Assembly: GCF_018350175.1 (NCBI RefSeq)
Contig: NC_058368.1
Location: 66,466,001 to 66,530,000, forward strand
Direction: 5' to 3'
Source of the DNA: Felis catus
Taxonomy: Eukaryota
Length of the DNA: 64,000 bases
The notes beneath the pieces are model-generated. The model was not told the origin of the DNA, searched no databases, and saw only the letters and a program-made list of their open reading frames with translations. How positions within the stretch are numbered: position 1 is the stretch's first letter; each line of letters starts with the position of its first letter. Positions 63,941-64,000 of this stretch are shown here, one piece after another. Made by a program: the position numbers and the translations under genes.

Positions 63941-64000
63941 CCCCTCGCCTTGGTTTTCAGAATTACTCCCCACCTCATCTTGTATCCTTCCCTCGTGTCA

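Noticed and set aside
28900..64000. A second gene (for example the syntenic neighbour TGDS), RNA genes or CRISPR-like arrays
   Set aside because: No recognisable exons, CpG island, snRNA/rRNA match or regularly spaced repeat-spacer array was seen.

Overview
Mammalian genomic DNA, most likely from a felid: it carries many tRNA-derived CAN-SINEs of the cat SINEC_Fc type and carnivore L1 3' ends. The only gene I can support is DCT (dopachrome tautomerase, TYRP2) on the minus strand. Coding exons 1-6 lie between 27893 and 12075, with GT-AG junctions, consistent phases and 1179 nt = 393 codons. Exons 7-8 were not found and presumably lie left of position 1. The melanocyte promoter (M-box, SOX and CRE-like sites) is at ~28.35-28.8 kb. 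The remaining ~35 kb is repeat-rich intergenic DNA (SINEs, L1/L2/MIR, MLT/ERV LTRs, hAT MERs, microsatellites). No new multi-gene system is supported. The best leads are: (1) a dense cluster of radical substitutions, including three new His, in the Cys-rich EGF-like subdomain of DCT; (2) a perfect palindromic ERE fused to two RORE-like sites in intron 6; (3) an M-box/E-box cluster in intron 2; (4) upstream AUGs, one in frame with DCT and one whose stop overlaps the DCT start; (5) several nested or inverted transposon structures. Human/mouse comparisons and repeat subfamily names come from memory, not from a search, and repeat boundaries are approximate.
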